NCBI RefSeq assembly: GCF_006345805.1
Contig: NC_042999.1
Coordinates: forward strand, 104,532,001-104,596,000
Length of the DNA: 64,000 nt
Direction: 5' to 3'
DNA from: Octopus sinensis
Lineage: Eukaryota
Under the pieces are notes generated by a model. It worked only from the letters and a program-made list of their open reading frames with translations. It was not told where the DNA came from and made no database searches. Below are positions 11,959-25,511 of this stretch, piece by piece. Every line of letters begins with the position of its first letter. Position 1 is the first letter of the stretch. The position numbers were made by a program, and so were the translations under genes.

Positions 11959-14900
11959 GTAAGTAATTTTTGTGTGCTTGTAGCTTCATAGGGTTTCTTG
12001 TTAAAGGAAAGTCTGCTGGTGAAAAAGGAAGTGGCAGTAATGAAGATTGAAGAGTATTTAGAAAATACAGATATTAGTTTTGATGTAAACACACGGAAAT
12101 AATAATGATTACAAAATAACAAAAAACAAAACAAAAACAGCCACTTTTAAAAAATTTTACCAGCAACTGCGAAAAGAGAAAAAAGAAAAAAAAAGAAACA
12201 AAAGATATTTATAACCACACTGCAGTGTTGATTTTTACTTTATAATTTTAACTTTGTTTTCTACATGAAACAAAAAGTAAATTGAGATGAAAACACGTCT
12301 ACAGTTGACATTTTGTGGCTGTTATAATTTACTTGTGAAACATGAGGTAATCATTGTTAGTTCAGTAGTGTGGTAAATAGGTACCTTATAAGCTTTCATT
12401 GAATTTTTTCACTTTACACGAAATAATTGCATTAGAGCAATCAAAATCATGCAACAGCTTCTAAAAAATTTTACAAGAAATTTGATAAGGTTAAGGCCAA
12501 ACAACGATATACCGAAACACTTTTATCTCTGCGTGACTGAGTCATTGCAGGGTCTAACATTGGGTTAATAAACTCGAACTTGTCAGTCACATTTCAAAAA
12601 GCTTGGAATGCAGTATATTCCAGTTGTCACAGTAGATTTGAAGAATAATTATCATCTCTTTAAAATATTTCAGCGCATACTTGTATTTAGATAAGCTGTA
12701 TAGCTACAAGTACGAAAATGACTGACGATGTTATAAACCTGGGTTTCCTTGTCAAGCTTGATCTTAATTTGTACCAATCACTTTGCTGTATTATTCAATT
12801 TTACCTCAAATGAAAGCAAACGAACGCAATAACGAATTCTGTTAGCGACTTTCCATTTGAAAATGCAACAATCAGACCTGTATATATTTCGATCACAAAA
12901 CTGAATCAGTAAGTTTATCCAAATGTCATTATCTTGAAAGCTATGCATTAAAGGGAACTGAATTATTATATTGAAACAAAACCATTATCTAAAAGCACAC
13001 TAAAAGCAAAACAATTTAGGTAAAGGTCAGTAGAGTTATAATACAGTTCTAGCTTCTTATTAAAGCAACTTTCAAACCTACCACTTAACTCTATGTTCTT
13101 CATATGGCTTCATAAAGAAATAACCCTGAGAAAATCCTCTATTTTATATTAAATGAATATATTTTTTTTCACTGAAAGATCTACAAAATATTCTCTCAGT
13201 TATTCTAAGCCTGGAAAGTTCATATCAAAATGTTTTGGTGAAGAAGTCTTTTAAGGTTGATGTACACCCAGAATTATCATCGTACCCGCTAAAGATTAGA
13301 TCCACTCGCAACTACGTGCTCCGTATTTTACTTTGAATCAGTTTAGGTACTGGAGCTGTCTTACTTGACAAAAATTACCATTTTTATCTTCAATATATTA
13401 TATATATATATATATAATATTATATATGATTATAATTGATTAAGCATTTTTATGGCTCACTCTATTAAGTATGTTAGCTTTCGTCACTCAAAATATCAAG
13501 AAATAGTTTTGTTTTACTTATGCTTTTCTGTTGCCTCAGTATTTTTAAAGAATAAATATCATCTCTTTATAAGCCTTTGGATAAATATACTTATTACAAT
13601 TTCCAAACACCATACTCCTTTGTATCCAATTTCAGCTGCTTTGTTACAACAAAGAATTGTTATTTTATTCTTAGATTCTTGCAGGCACCTATATATTACA
13701 TAGATTTTCCTATGTCTACACCATTAACAGAAAGCAGTCTCATCTTCACTACATTTTTCCAGGAGACAATTCTGTTGTGGATGCTAATTATACAAAATAT
13801 CACGAAGTTACGCTAATGATTTATGCCAGGCACATTACTTAGTGAAATTTCATACCTTCATTTAAATTACTATAGTCATGCTGAAGAATACCCAGTCATA
13901 ATTTAGATTTTTTTGTTGTTTCTATTGTTGTTATGTTTACTGGGTTAGCTCTGACTGAGTAGATTTATGATTTACTTAGTCATTCCAGTCATTTCATATC
14001 GTGTTCAGTTATTGTGTACTAGAACTACATTATCTAATGTTTCCATTTTTAAAGATAGTTAGTGCATCATATAAGGGAGATTTGGTTTATTTTTTTCTGG
14101 CAGGTTGAGTGACCATTTAGGGATACATTTTTTAGTGTTTAGGTTTAAGTTATTTCTGATAAAAATTAGAACTTTTCATTAACATCTTCCCTGAAATGCT
14201 TAAAACTTAATGAAATGCAGGTTCTAGTCTAGTTCTCTATTATTTTAGCCCCTTATAGTTTTCTTTCAACTTTTCTGACTTTACTCTCAGTAAGCGCCCT
14301 TCTTTGAAATGCTTTCCCCTGTTTCCGTCTTCTATGATGAATTTAAAAATTCATACCGCAACAAAACTATCATATACCCTTCACTGAAATAGTAGTCTCT
14401 AATTTCTTGAAAAGTTTCATAGACACAGCAGTAAAATAAACGTGATGGGTTGTTAGAATCGTTAAAGCATCAACAAAATACTTTACAGTATTTAGTTACG
14501 AATTTTTGCATTCTGAGTTTAAATACAATCGCAGTCAACTCTGCTTTCCAACTCCCCGGGGTGGATGAAATAATGTACTAGTTAAGCACTGGAGTCACTT
14601 TAATTAATTAAACAAAGATGGTAAATTGACAGAATCCTTAGAATATTGGAAAAGAAAAAACTCTGCGGAGTTGTTTCGCCTCTTTACGTTCAAAGTTCAA
14701 ATCCCGCCGAGGTCATTTTCCTTTTAATACTAACAGAGACGATAAGATGCCTCGTCTTCACCCAATGTTTTGTCTTGTCTGTGTTAAAAGTAATTATTAG
14801 CCATAACATTCGTGTATTAGATTGGCAGAATCGTAAGAACATGAGACGAAATACATTCAGGTATTTAGTGAAAGTTCTTTTCGATCTGATCAAATTCCAG

Positions 14901-15759
14901 TGTGAAGTCTTTTTCTTACGGTTGAAATAAAGTACTAGTCAAACACTAAGATCAATATAATCATCAATACTGCACTGTAAAATTTGAGGCCTTATATCTA
15001 TGTTAGAAACGATTGATAGCAGTAAAATTACATTCTTGGAAAACTAGATTAAATATATAAAATAAATTCTTGAAGAGGCGTGTATCACTAAAACATCTCG
15101 AAATAGTAAGCTAATTTGCTGTCAGTTATGTTATTATGTTATAGAGTTGTTATTTACGATGTTTTGTGTTAGCGTGGTAAAAATAATAAAAATACGGATA
15201 TTAAAATACATATTTTTGAGTGTAATACATCCTAATATCATATTTCTAAAGAAATCAGTTTGAAACTGTAATTGATTGCCACATGCCTTTGAAGGAGAGC
15301 AACCATGATAATAATGACGCAAGAACAAACAAAATAATCGGTCCCACACCAGATTCGAAACGCCCCAGGCAAGTTTCTATTTCATTATATGTTGCATTCT
15401 CTTCAAACCTTGCCGAAAATGTCTTTGTGGACAATGAAGAATTGTATTAATAGTTCCAGCTGTGTTGTCTTCCACGATCTCTAGGATATGTACTACAAAC
15501 AACTGCACACTTTTATTTTTGCAGCGCAGGTTACACATGACAACGGAATACCAATTAATTAGATTCCTATTCAGAAGGTTTGAGACTTCATTCTTTTCTG
15601 CAAAAGGAAGAAAAAATAAACAAATAACGATAGAGAACTTTCCAATTCAAGGAAGTATTAATCTATTGTTATACTTCCTTTCATATGTAGGATGATCTAC
15701 CTCCTTCATCTCCTTTAACGAGCAGATTATTCTGTCCTTAAACATTGCTAGTAACAATG

Positions 15760-17450
15760 CACTTCCACTTTCCCTTTATTTGCGCCCTTGTTTTCCATTT
15801 GGGTTCGAATTGTTTCGGTAAATCATCTTTCCATCGTCGTGGAAACTTATGAGTAGTCTCTTCCAAACTTTTGCTTGGATATCATCCAACAACTACACGA
15901 GCTCATTTGTCGAAGCTAATATAGCATTCTCGGTATTCCGTGAGCACATTATCTGCACCGCTTCGTTCATGGGTTACCTAGTTTCGGATTTGCTCACGCA
16001 ATGATATTCCTAACATGTATCTTTCTACTACTCTCTGTGTCGTAGCCAGTCGCTCTTCCCTGTTCATCCACGTCTCACTTACGTATAAGAAAGCAGATGG
16101 TACTCACTTCTTACTTACGTATAAGAAAGCAGATACGTATAAGAAAGTAGATCTCTTGAAGAGATTGGCATACAGAGTTTTGTTCAGATGTTCTTTGAGC
16201 ACATCTTTAATTTGCGTCCATGTCTCAGTATATGTTTATTGTTAGTACTGAAAAGATGCACACCTTCACCTCCTCAATTTAATCGTTTCCTACCACTATT
16301 CGACTTTTGTGTTACGCTTACGAACAACATTTATTTTGTTTTCATGCGACAGATTTGTGACTTACTGCTAAACTCCAGGTGTCTAGCTTGTCAACATGAT
16401 CTGCAGCTGAACTGAGGTTTCTGCAATAAGCACAGTATCATCTGCAAGCCGAATGTATTTTATTAGCTTGTACTTGATGTTGGCACCACCTTTCATGTCC
16501 CTGACGGCAATTTCAAGACATACAGGGACAGCAGAGCTACGTCGGTTGTGGATCCCAAGTTCGTCTTCTTGGGAAGTTCTATAAATTTGTAACTCGATTC
16601 CTTGCGTCTCCAGACACTTAAGTAGAGAATTTACCTCTACACTGTCGGAGGCCATTTCGTAATCTATGAAGGCGACAGGAAAAAGGTAGTTCATACTCTT
16701 TTCCTCGTTCTAGAAGGGATGTTAGAGACACTGAAGACACCGAAGAGGTGAAGACACTGAAGAGGAACAATGAAAGTTATATGGTGTATTCCGTTCTCTG
16801 CAAGGCGATAATACAATAATTTTGAAAGTGACTTCGAGAACTATGCATGTAAGAAGCTGATGTGGGCCGGAGAAGAAATTTAAAAAAATCTAAAGAGATG
16901 CAAAAGAGAGATAGCACTGTATAAGTTAGAGGTGATGGCAATCAAGAACTATGACGATGACAGGCAAAAATGACACGGAGGATATCTATGAAAACTTTTA
17001 CACTTTCCTTTTTAAGTCACTAAGGACATTAGATATTCACCGCTCAAAAGTGTTGGAAGAGGTGCCACCTATTCTACTTAGAGTCACTGAGAATACCTTA
17101 AAGCTGATCAAGAGAAATAAAGCCTCAGAAGATGGTATCACAACGGAAATGTTTAAGAGAGTAGAGAAGAACAGCTGTGTACTCGTTCTATGTAAATCGA
17201 TATTTAAAAGAGGAAAACATATCCTTGCTGTTTAAAGAGTCGAATACTCTCTTGAGAAGAAGGGTGATACAGAAGAATGAGTCTTGTCTCGCGCCTATAA
17301 GCTATTTGCAAAAGATCATAATCATACATTACTGAAATATCTTGTCAACCAACAGTACAGGGGAGCAACTTTCAAAGAAACTACAGGACAATAGACTACA
17401 TACAGTAACGTAGCAACTTGAACGAGGATGCATTATGGGAATATCAAATC
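15760..17450 (-). mobile_element. Decayed RTE-clade LINE with inverted 5' segment
   Basis: Minus part: FIDYEMASDSVE (FIDYEKAFDSV-like), ADDTVLIAET (YADD region), PRRWKDD near 15830. Plus part 16720-17450: IKRNKASEDGITTEMFK (KAPGxDGITAE-like). Confidence 0.8.
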
Positions 17451-17872
17451 AACTATAACGCTTGACTTGTACTTTATTTAAAGGATAACAGGATGGAAAA
17501 AAAATTAACGTTAACAGAATTTGAACACAGAACATAAGGGGCTGTAGCGAAATACGGTAATCATTTTGTCCCCAGTTTTTATGATGGATACGAAAAATGC
17601 ATCACATACGGTATAATCTTATATCTGCCATTTTACAGAATAACAGTCTACAGATTAGTGTACCTACATGAATGTGTATTGAAGATGTTCATTTTCTAGA
17701 TGCGTGGTTCCAGGTTCGAGATATTTTGGGTTGGGCAAGTTTCTTCTACCATAGACTCAGCTATACAAAAGCCTTATATGTGTAATTTGGAAGAGATCAA
17801 CTGCAGAGGTTCATAACGCACACACTCGCACACACCCGTACGCCCTCCCTCCCTCCCTCCCGCACACACACA

Positions 17873-17917
<45 letters not shown>

Positions 17918-18097
17918 ACAAACACACACACACAGATGCAAGACTATTCAAAAGTCTTTTTGGTCTTTTAATACATTTGCATGCTAAAGAGATTTCTGAA
18001 TCTCCCTATATATATATATATAATAGAAATATTAAAATTACTAAGTCTCTATAAAAGAGATTATGGCAGCGTTCACTGGAACTTAATTGTTATCGCC

Positions 18098-18267
18098 ATA
18101 TTTAGCATTGAGGTGTATTTGATATGTTGAAATTGTTTAACCGTTCACAGGCTTATGTATATATATATATATATATATAGCAATAAGAAAATGGAGGGGA
18201 TCAATAGGTGGTTCATCAACTTTGATCTCCTCCATTTTCTTATTGCCATATTAATAGGGCGATAACA

Positions 18268-18346
<79 letters not shown>

Positions 18347-18617
18347 TATATATGTATGTATGTATGTATGTATATAACTCCAAGAAAGTTAGAGGTTGTA
18401 ATCCAACCAACTAAGGGATAATATCTATCCATATACTGGTGGTAGAATATCCAATTATTAATAGACAAGTGTTTTTTATAGCATTGCAATTACATTACCT
18501 AGTGTACTAAATAGGTGAAGGTAAAGAGATATTTCACCATTAATTTATATAGCAATAAGAAAATGGAGGAGATCAAAGTTGATGAACCACCTATTGATCC
18601 CCTCCATTTTCTTATTG

Positions 18618-18702
<85 letters not shown>

Positions 18703-18715
18703 ATATATATGTATG

Positions 18716-18781
<66 letters not shown>

Positions 18782-18856
18782 ATATATATATATTTACATA
18801 AGCCTGTGAACGGTTAAACAATTTCAACATATCAAATACACCTCAATGCTAAATAT
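18098..18856. repeat. Inverted duplication 18098-18247 versus 18550-18856 with unequal (TA)n tract
   Basis: Unique flanks are exact or near-exact reverse complements; each contains a 70-nt self-complementary unit (GCAATAAGAAAATGGAGG arms). Confidence 0.9.
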
Positions 18857-18872
18857 TTTGGTATTTGAATAC

Positions 18873-18926
18873 ACTTGGATCATGATTTCTAGTTCTGGCG
18901 AAAAGCCTTAACCTTTGTCAGCAAGT
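18873..18926 (-). ncRNA. Type-I hammerhead motif, stems intact, core CTGACAA
   Basis: ACTTG-CTGACAA-AGGTT AA GGC TTTTC GCC AG AACTA-GAAA-TCATGA-TC-CAAGT. Confidence 0.6.
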
Positions 18927-18942
18927 TTTTTTACTTGGCAAA

Positions 18943-18996
18943 ACTTGCTGATGAAGGTTAAGACTTTTCGCCAGAACTAGAAATCATAAGCTAAGT
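18943..18996 (+). ncRNA. Type-I hammerhead motif, core CTGATGA intact, stem III and site mutated
   Basis: ACTTG-CTGATGA-AGGTT AA GAC TTTTC GCC AG AACTA-GAAA-TCATAAG-C-TAAGT. Confidence 0.55.
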
Positions 18997-19289
18997 GTAT
19001 CAAAATACCAAAATATTTAGCATTGAGCTGTATTTGGTATGTTAAAATTGTTTACCCTGTTCGCCCGCTTACGGTTATTTTTCTGTCGAATTTTTAGTGT
19101 TATGGAGGATTTAACTGAGGGATTTAGCTCCTCTTTGTAGCAGATAGGCGCCTTGTGTACTCTTATGATGATATATATATATATATAGTTAATCCAAACA
19201 TGAAAACACAAAGAGAAAACGCAACAACGCGAGGACGTGGAACAAGTATAGTGTTATTGGACGCTCAGGAAAGGAAAGAAAGAAGGACA

Positions 19290-19322
19290 TTTAACGTTTC
19301 GAGCGGAGCTCTTCGTCAGAAA
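19290..19322 (-). ncRNA. Very small hammerhead variant with an extra A after the core
   Basis: TTT-CTGACGA-A-GAGC TCC GCTC-GAAA-CGT-T-AAA; lies in a repeat (19200-19325) that recurs at 39110-39225. Confidence 0.55.
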
Positions 19323-20739
19323 CATATGTATATATACATTATGTATGTATATGTATATGTACATACGAGCATATATACTATGTATGTATGTATGTATGTT
19401 TATAGAGTCTAAAAATATTTACTTCAAAGTGCATCTAAAAAGCTAATAATAAACAATTACAAACAATTGCAATATTTGCATTGACTGAAATTTTCTAAGG
19501 TTTTTGGAAAATAGGGGAAGAACTCCAGACATGTTTTAGTAAGAATCGCTGCGTGAATATACAAAGACAAAAAGGAGAACTTGTAGAAACAGGGAGGTAG
19601 AGATATTCAACTTTTAGACACTATCCGCTGAAAAACAGACCCAGCCGAACAAACAGAAAATGCAATAGTCCAGTTTGATTTGACAAAATGCAAGAAGCAA
19701 CAAAATATAAAGCATCAAGTAAAACTGCAATACCACAGATTGACAAATATGAAGTTAAGACTTTGGGCATGTACTGTGCACATTCCAGTTTTATTAGATC
19801 TCATCAGCAGATCATAGATCTTACTTGGCAACGTATTGATGAGAGAGTTACTAAGTAGACATACAATGGTGTACACTTCGAGACAGAAAAAAAGTAATAT
19901 TCTTGTGTATACAAAGTATTATTTTATTCTTTTATTGATCCTGTCTGTTTTCAAATTGAGAAACCTCAAAGTTTTATGAAGCCAAATTGTAATTTATGTA
20001 GTATATATACTATGGAGGAAAGGCAATAAAGACATTCTATTTCATTCTCGCTATTCTCTTATTCTTTCGCAGACTCCCGCTCGCACACATGTAGATACAT
20101 GTATGTATGTATGTATGCTTTTATGCATGAGTATATGTATGTATGTATGTATGTATGCATGTATGAATGAGTATATGTACACACGCGCGCACACACAAAG
20201 GTTTATGGATATACACACACAGGCACGCACACATACACACATATGCAGGACGCAAATATCCGATTATAAGTATATAACTTTTTAGTTATATTTAGGAAAT
20301 TTATTTCCAAACAGATATACTTTTAATTCAATAATTTCAAAACCAGCTGGGGGAACAAATTTAATATTCTCTATTTGCAGAACATTTTGTATTTTCGATG
20401 TTTATAAGGGTTGTCGCAAAACTAAAAGAATTTAGGTTATCACTTAGTGTAGACAAGTATTTGTTCATAGCTGAAAACTTTCAACTCAAGGCCACAATTC
20501 TGAATATTTTATGGAACATATTAAAATAACCGCTTATGTGCTACAAATAATTTTTGTTTGGATAAAAAATAACTCTTCATATAATATATAAAACATGTTA
20601 GCTTTAGGTGCAGGAATACCTCTGTGTGTGAGAAGTTTGTCTTTCAAGGAAATGTTCTGGGTTCGAGCCACTGAATGACCATTGATTTCTGCCATGGCTT
20701 CTGTTTAACCGTTTATGAGCAAAACTGTGCGAAAACTTG

Positions 20740-22240
20740 CTGGAGACAAGTGGAAAGCAAGCATAAAACATACCCTGAAACTTTCTATAAATTTGCCAAG
20801 GAAACAATTACAGTACAATACAAAATAGGACCGTTGTCCCAAAGGAATGACTCACTGACCACAGACCCGAGAAGGTTAAGAGGAGAGCTCAGTGAACAAT
20901 TTTAAAGTATTTCTACCTATCCCCTGAGACACATGCAGATGAAAAAATCCGACTGAATTCTTTAACATTACAGCTCTGCAGACGAAAGTAGCATCCCTCG
21001 ATTACATCGACATTGATATAACAGCAACCATAGAAGAAATGAGCTAATGCTCACCAACTGGTCTCGATAGCGTCTCAGCTGTTCTCCTGAAGTCGTTTAA
21101 GTAGGCTTTAGCGAAACCACTTTAGATACTTTTTCAAAGTTTCCTTGCAAGTGGTAAACTTCCTAAAAAGCTAAAAGGCATCATATGTCATATCCACAAA
21201 GGTGGGAGCAAGGCAGAGACTAAAAACTACAAGCCAATCTCTCTGATTTCACATATCGGAAATGTCATGGAACGAATCGTCAGAAAATGGTTTACTGAAC
21301 GACACATAGCATGACTTCTGTTCAGGAAGAAGCTGTCTCACACAGATCTTACTGCACCATGACTGGGTTTTGAAATAATTGCTTGACCTTTCAGCTGTCA
21401 ATGTGATACATTTTGACTTCGCAAAAGTTTTTTATAAGGTAGGTCATAACATAATATGTCACACAATTAGAGCGCTTGGCATAGCTGGTAAACCGAGAGA
21501 GTGGCTGCATGATTTCTTAAAAGACAGAAGTCAGGCGGTTGCAGCCAATGGAGCCCTCTCTGAGGAGGCACAAATTCTGAACAGCGTCCCTCAGGGAACT
21601 GTCTCGGAGTCATTAACATCTCTCTTAGATATGGCCATGGTCACTCAGACAGCCAATGTCGCCAGCTACTTCGATGATACAAAATCATCGCAGGTAATAA
21701 AGAACCCAGACGATATTCCAAGCTTACAGTAGGACTTAAATGCAATATACAAATGAGCTGAAGAAAACGACACGCTGTTTAATGCCGGATAATTTCAAGC
21801 ACTGCGCTATCAGCTCACAAATGCACTTCAGCCTGCATATACATGGCCCGAAGGCATTGCAATCGCAGAGTCACAGATAGTGAGAGACTTGGGGATCAGT
21901 ATGTGTAATGATGCATCATTTCATATGCACATAGTCAAGATGGCAACAAAGTGCAGACAACTAGCAAAATGGATACTAAGGTCCTTCAAGATAAGAAGCC
22001 AAGCATTTATGTTGACCCTGTGGAGGACCTTTGTTATTAGTCGCCTGGGCGACTCCTCTCGACTGTGGTCACCAAATAGCGTCAAACTAACAGTGGAGCC
22101 TGAAACGGCCCAACGTCATTACACTAAAAATATTATAACCGTGCCGCAGAAGAAATACAGGGAGAAGCTGAAAAAGCCATGACTTTGCTCACTGGAAAGA
22201 ATATGTTATAAGCTACGTATGGAAAATTCTGGAAGGGCTA
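20740..22240 (+). mobile_element. Decayed CR1/L2-group LINE, RT region
   Basis: DFAKVFYKVGH, VPQGTV, SYFDDTK, SRLWSPNSVKL; same family as 34510-37490. Confidence 0.9.
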
Positions 22241-22244
22241 GTAC

Positions 22245-23830
22245 TATAAATTTTAAAGAGCGAAACGCTGCGCATCTCAATTCTTTTAGATATGAGAAAC
22301 ACAGTAAATCCACAACACTCGCCAGTCACATACATCATCTCAAAACAAAAATATTCCCGACATCTTGTCATAGTCCATAATAGATTCAAGCCTGTAAGTT
22401 ATGCATAAAAGAAGCATTCCATATTTCAAAACACAACTCTTCAATACTACTAAATAAATATAACTAGGTCCTAAGTATATGCAACCACCGCTTTTTCCAT
22501 ACTTTCAAATTTTACCGAAAATCTAAATGCAACCTAAATAACCAAACCACTTAGGCAATCCCCAAGAACCCTATTTGACTTTCCATTAATTTTTTAACTA
22601 TTTAATCTTATTTTAATTGCTTAATACTACATATATGGACATGCATAGGCGTAGTATGCGGATATATGTGCGTATGTATATGTATATGTGTGTGTGCGTG
22701 TACGTGTATGTACGTGTGCATGTATGCGTGTATATGTGTGCGTGTGTGTGCATTTATATATATGTGTATGTATATATATGATTGTATATGCATGCGTATG
22801 TATGTATATATATATATATACGTGTATATGTATGTGTGTGTGTATATGTTTATATATATATATATTCATCCATGCGTACGGGTTTAAATACACAAGTACG
22901 CAGGCATACACACACACATGTACATACGTGCGTGCGTATATCGATATACACTTCTTTCTTTCTCTCTGATTCCTCTACCCACACTATCGCATTAGCCAGT
23001 AGAATAAACACATAAGTCTGTTTTAGAAACATGGCCATTCTTAGTATTCTTCCTTTCCGTTTTGTGGTTTGCAACTGAAACCACCCCTCCTATACCTTTT
23101 TCCGTACCAATCCCTTAATGCCATTCCAACATATCACCCCACCTCACACACCCCACCCATATGCATTACTTACATTATTAACTCTTCCTACCCCTCCCGT
23201 GCTCCCCTCCCATTCCCCTCATAATCTTGACCACCAACTAGCACTCCTTTTTTCGCATTTTTTCCTTTTCTTACACTTTTTTCACTTTCTCTTCTTGTTT
23301 CCATTTCCTCATCCTCTTTCTTTCCTTCTCCTTTTCCCACCTCTTCCTTTGACCTATCTCTTCATTTTAGCATACATATATCTTCCTCTCTCTCTTTCCA
23401 CTTAATACTACCACTACATTCTCAAATTTTCATTCACACCACAAAACCCCTTTGAATGAACAGCACATAGAATATTCGTCTCTACACTTTCCATTTGTGA
23501 TGACGAAATATGAACTCCTATTGGAATTTACATACCGCGCACAAGAAACATTTCTACCACTTCTACACATAACTTTCCTTAGATAATCGAACTACAACTA
23601 TAATATTTTAATATATTTTAATCTTTTATTTCTACATTCATTGTCCTATTTCCCTATATACTCCTTATTTGCTTCATTTTCCTAAATAACTCTTTATAAT
23701 GAACTCTAATATTTCCCTCTATTTAACCATCTTACATCGTCTCTGATGAAAGGATATCCTTAATATGCCAGAAACAGCTGTAAGACTAACTTTTTTTTTA
23801 TAAATGTCCTGAAAATTCCACACAACTTTG
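22245..23830 (+). mobile_element. Penelope-like fragment (GIY-YIG C-terminus) plus pyrimidine-rich 3' non-coding region split by microsatellites
   Basis: NFKERNAAHLNSFRYEKHSKSTTLASHI...CKLCIKEAFHI...LLNK...CNHR resembles the PLE endonuclease tail; hammerhead at 23739. Linking the 3' region to the ORF fragment is inference. Confidence 0.7.
23739..23786 (+). ncRNA. Minimal type-I hammerhead, canonical core, decayed stem II
   Basis: GTCT-CTGATGA-AAGGATATCCTTAATATGCCA-GAAA-CAGCTG-TA-AGAC; a 3' half of the same motif lies on the minus strand near 7551-7577. Confidence 0.7.
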
Positions 23831-25315
23831 GCTTTGTTGTCTCGATTTATCTAACACACACACACATATATATGTATGTATATCTGTCTATCTATCCATC
23901 TATCTAGCTACACACATAGTTACATATCTACCCATTGAGTCTACGCCGATATATACATAAATATAATACACACACACATACACACCGGTGGTTGTCTACT
24001 CTTCATGGAGAGTCTGACAGGCTCTTGTACTTAGATCCGTCTTAGATCCATCATGGTGTCTGATGTGACTTTTAAACCAGACATTGTATTGAAAAGACAC
24101 CCCCACACTTATATATATACACACATATATATATGTATATGTGTATACGTATGTGTGCGATGTGTGTGTGCATGTGTGCGATGTGTGAGTGTATGTGTGC
24201 GATGTCTATGTGTGTGTGCGCGCATACATTGAAAATTATATCCACAGCTTAATGCAAAATGAACTCTAGGAAGGTGTGTAGCTAAATCGCCAGTCTAAAC
24301 GTGGAGACTAGTGGCAGTAAAGAATGGTGATAGATAAAACTGGTTCATTAAGCAAAAATACTTAACGGTAATTACGGTCCTTGATATACATCCCTTTAAT
24401 CCCAGTACAATGCTACTTTTCGTCGTTGAAGAGACATAAAACTACGTGACAGAGAATATCGAGTTTAATTCCAGAGTGAAAGAACGCCTTTAGTTCAAAC
24501 GACGGTCTCTATAACTAGTTCAATTCCGGCGAGTCAACGAAGAATCTTTTTGGTGAGTTAGAAATGGTGTAGATCCACTAGAAATAGCAGCCTATTTTCG
24601 CTTAAATCTTCCATTATCGACTTAAATTACAAAAAGAGATACGTTAAATACCGTAGACTCTGGTATACCTTTGATTATAGAGCTTTTCAGTCAGGATTAA
24701 CCTGAGGTTAAACCATAAAAAAACACAACAACTTTTTCTTCGAAGTATTTTAATCAAAGTTAAATTCGCTCGAGATATATTTTTCTTTTCCACCTGACGC
24801 ACCAAAACAAAAGTAAAATGTAAATTATCATCTATTCATTGTACATTTTTCACTAGTTTGTCTGTAGCTAGTGGCTGTATCCACATCTATTATAGGAACG
24901 TTTAGACTGGAAGATTTCAGTATCTGAAGTTAGTGTTAATGTTTTAGCTAAGTGGATGAAAAGGTTTTTAATTTGCTGAATATTATTAAAAAAAAAAGAA
25001 GATTGTTAGATCAAGTATGTGGTGTAAAAATCAAAATGTTAGTATGTAACTAATATTATGTATAACATTGGCTGATACGAGAGATAGCTTGAGACGTTTA
25101 ATACTAGTGTTAGATAGTCAGCAGAAGTATAATCTGCTGAAAAGTTGATTTATAGAATTGTGTATTTGTTGTTGAAGAGAGGATGGAAGAAAGAGAAGGA
25201 AGGTGGTAAAAATGATGAACGGGAGACACAAAAAAAGTTTTGAAAGGAGAAAGATTGAAAAAGAAGAGAATGAGGGGTGTTGTTAAAATATGAAATAGCA
25301 AGAATGGGAGATAAC

Positions 25316-25352
25316 TCAGGACGTTTTACCTTCATTTAGACTCGTCAGCGGA
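25316..25352 (-). ncRNA. Degenerate hammerhead motif
   Basis: CTGACGA-GTCTAAATGAAGGT-AAAA-CG-TC: G12 lost, stems imperfect. Confidence 0.3.
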
Positions 25353-25457
25353 AGCGTACACATGCTGTGCCTGTTAATAATCAAATCAATAAGCAAATAT
25401 ATAGAATTTGTGTTTGTCAAAAAAGAGGACAGAAGCGATAGAGATAGAGAGATATGG

Positions 25458-25511
<54 letters not shown>

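Larger units (their letters stand above)
18816..19053. repeat. Fold-back inverted repeat, about 114-bp diverged arms
   Basis: 18816-18929 pairs with 18940-19053. Confidence 0.9.
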
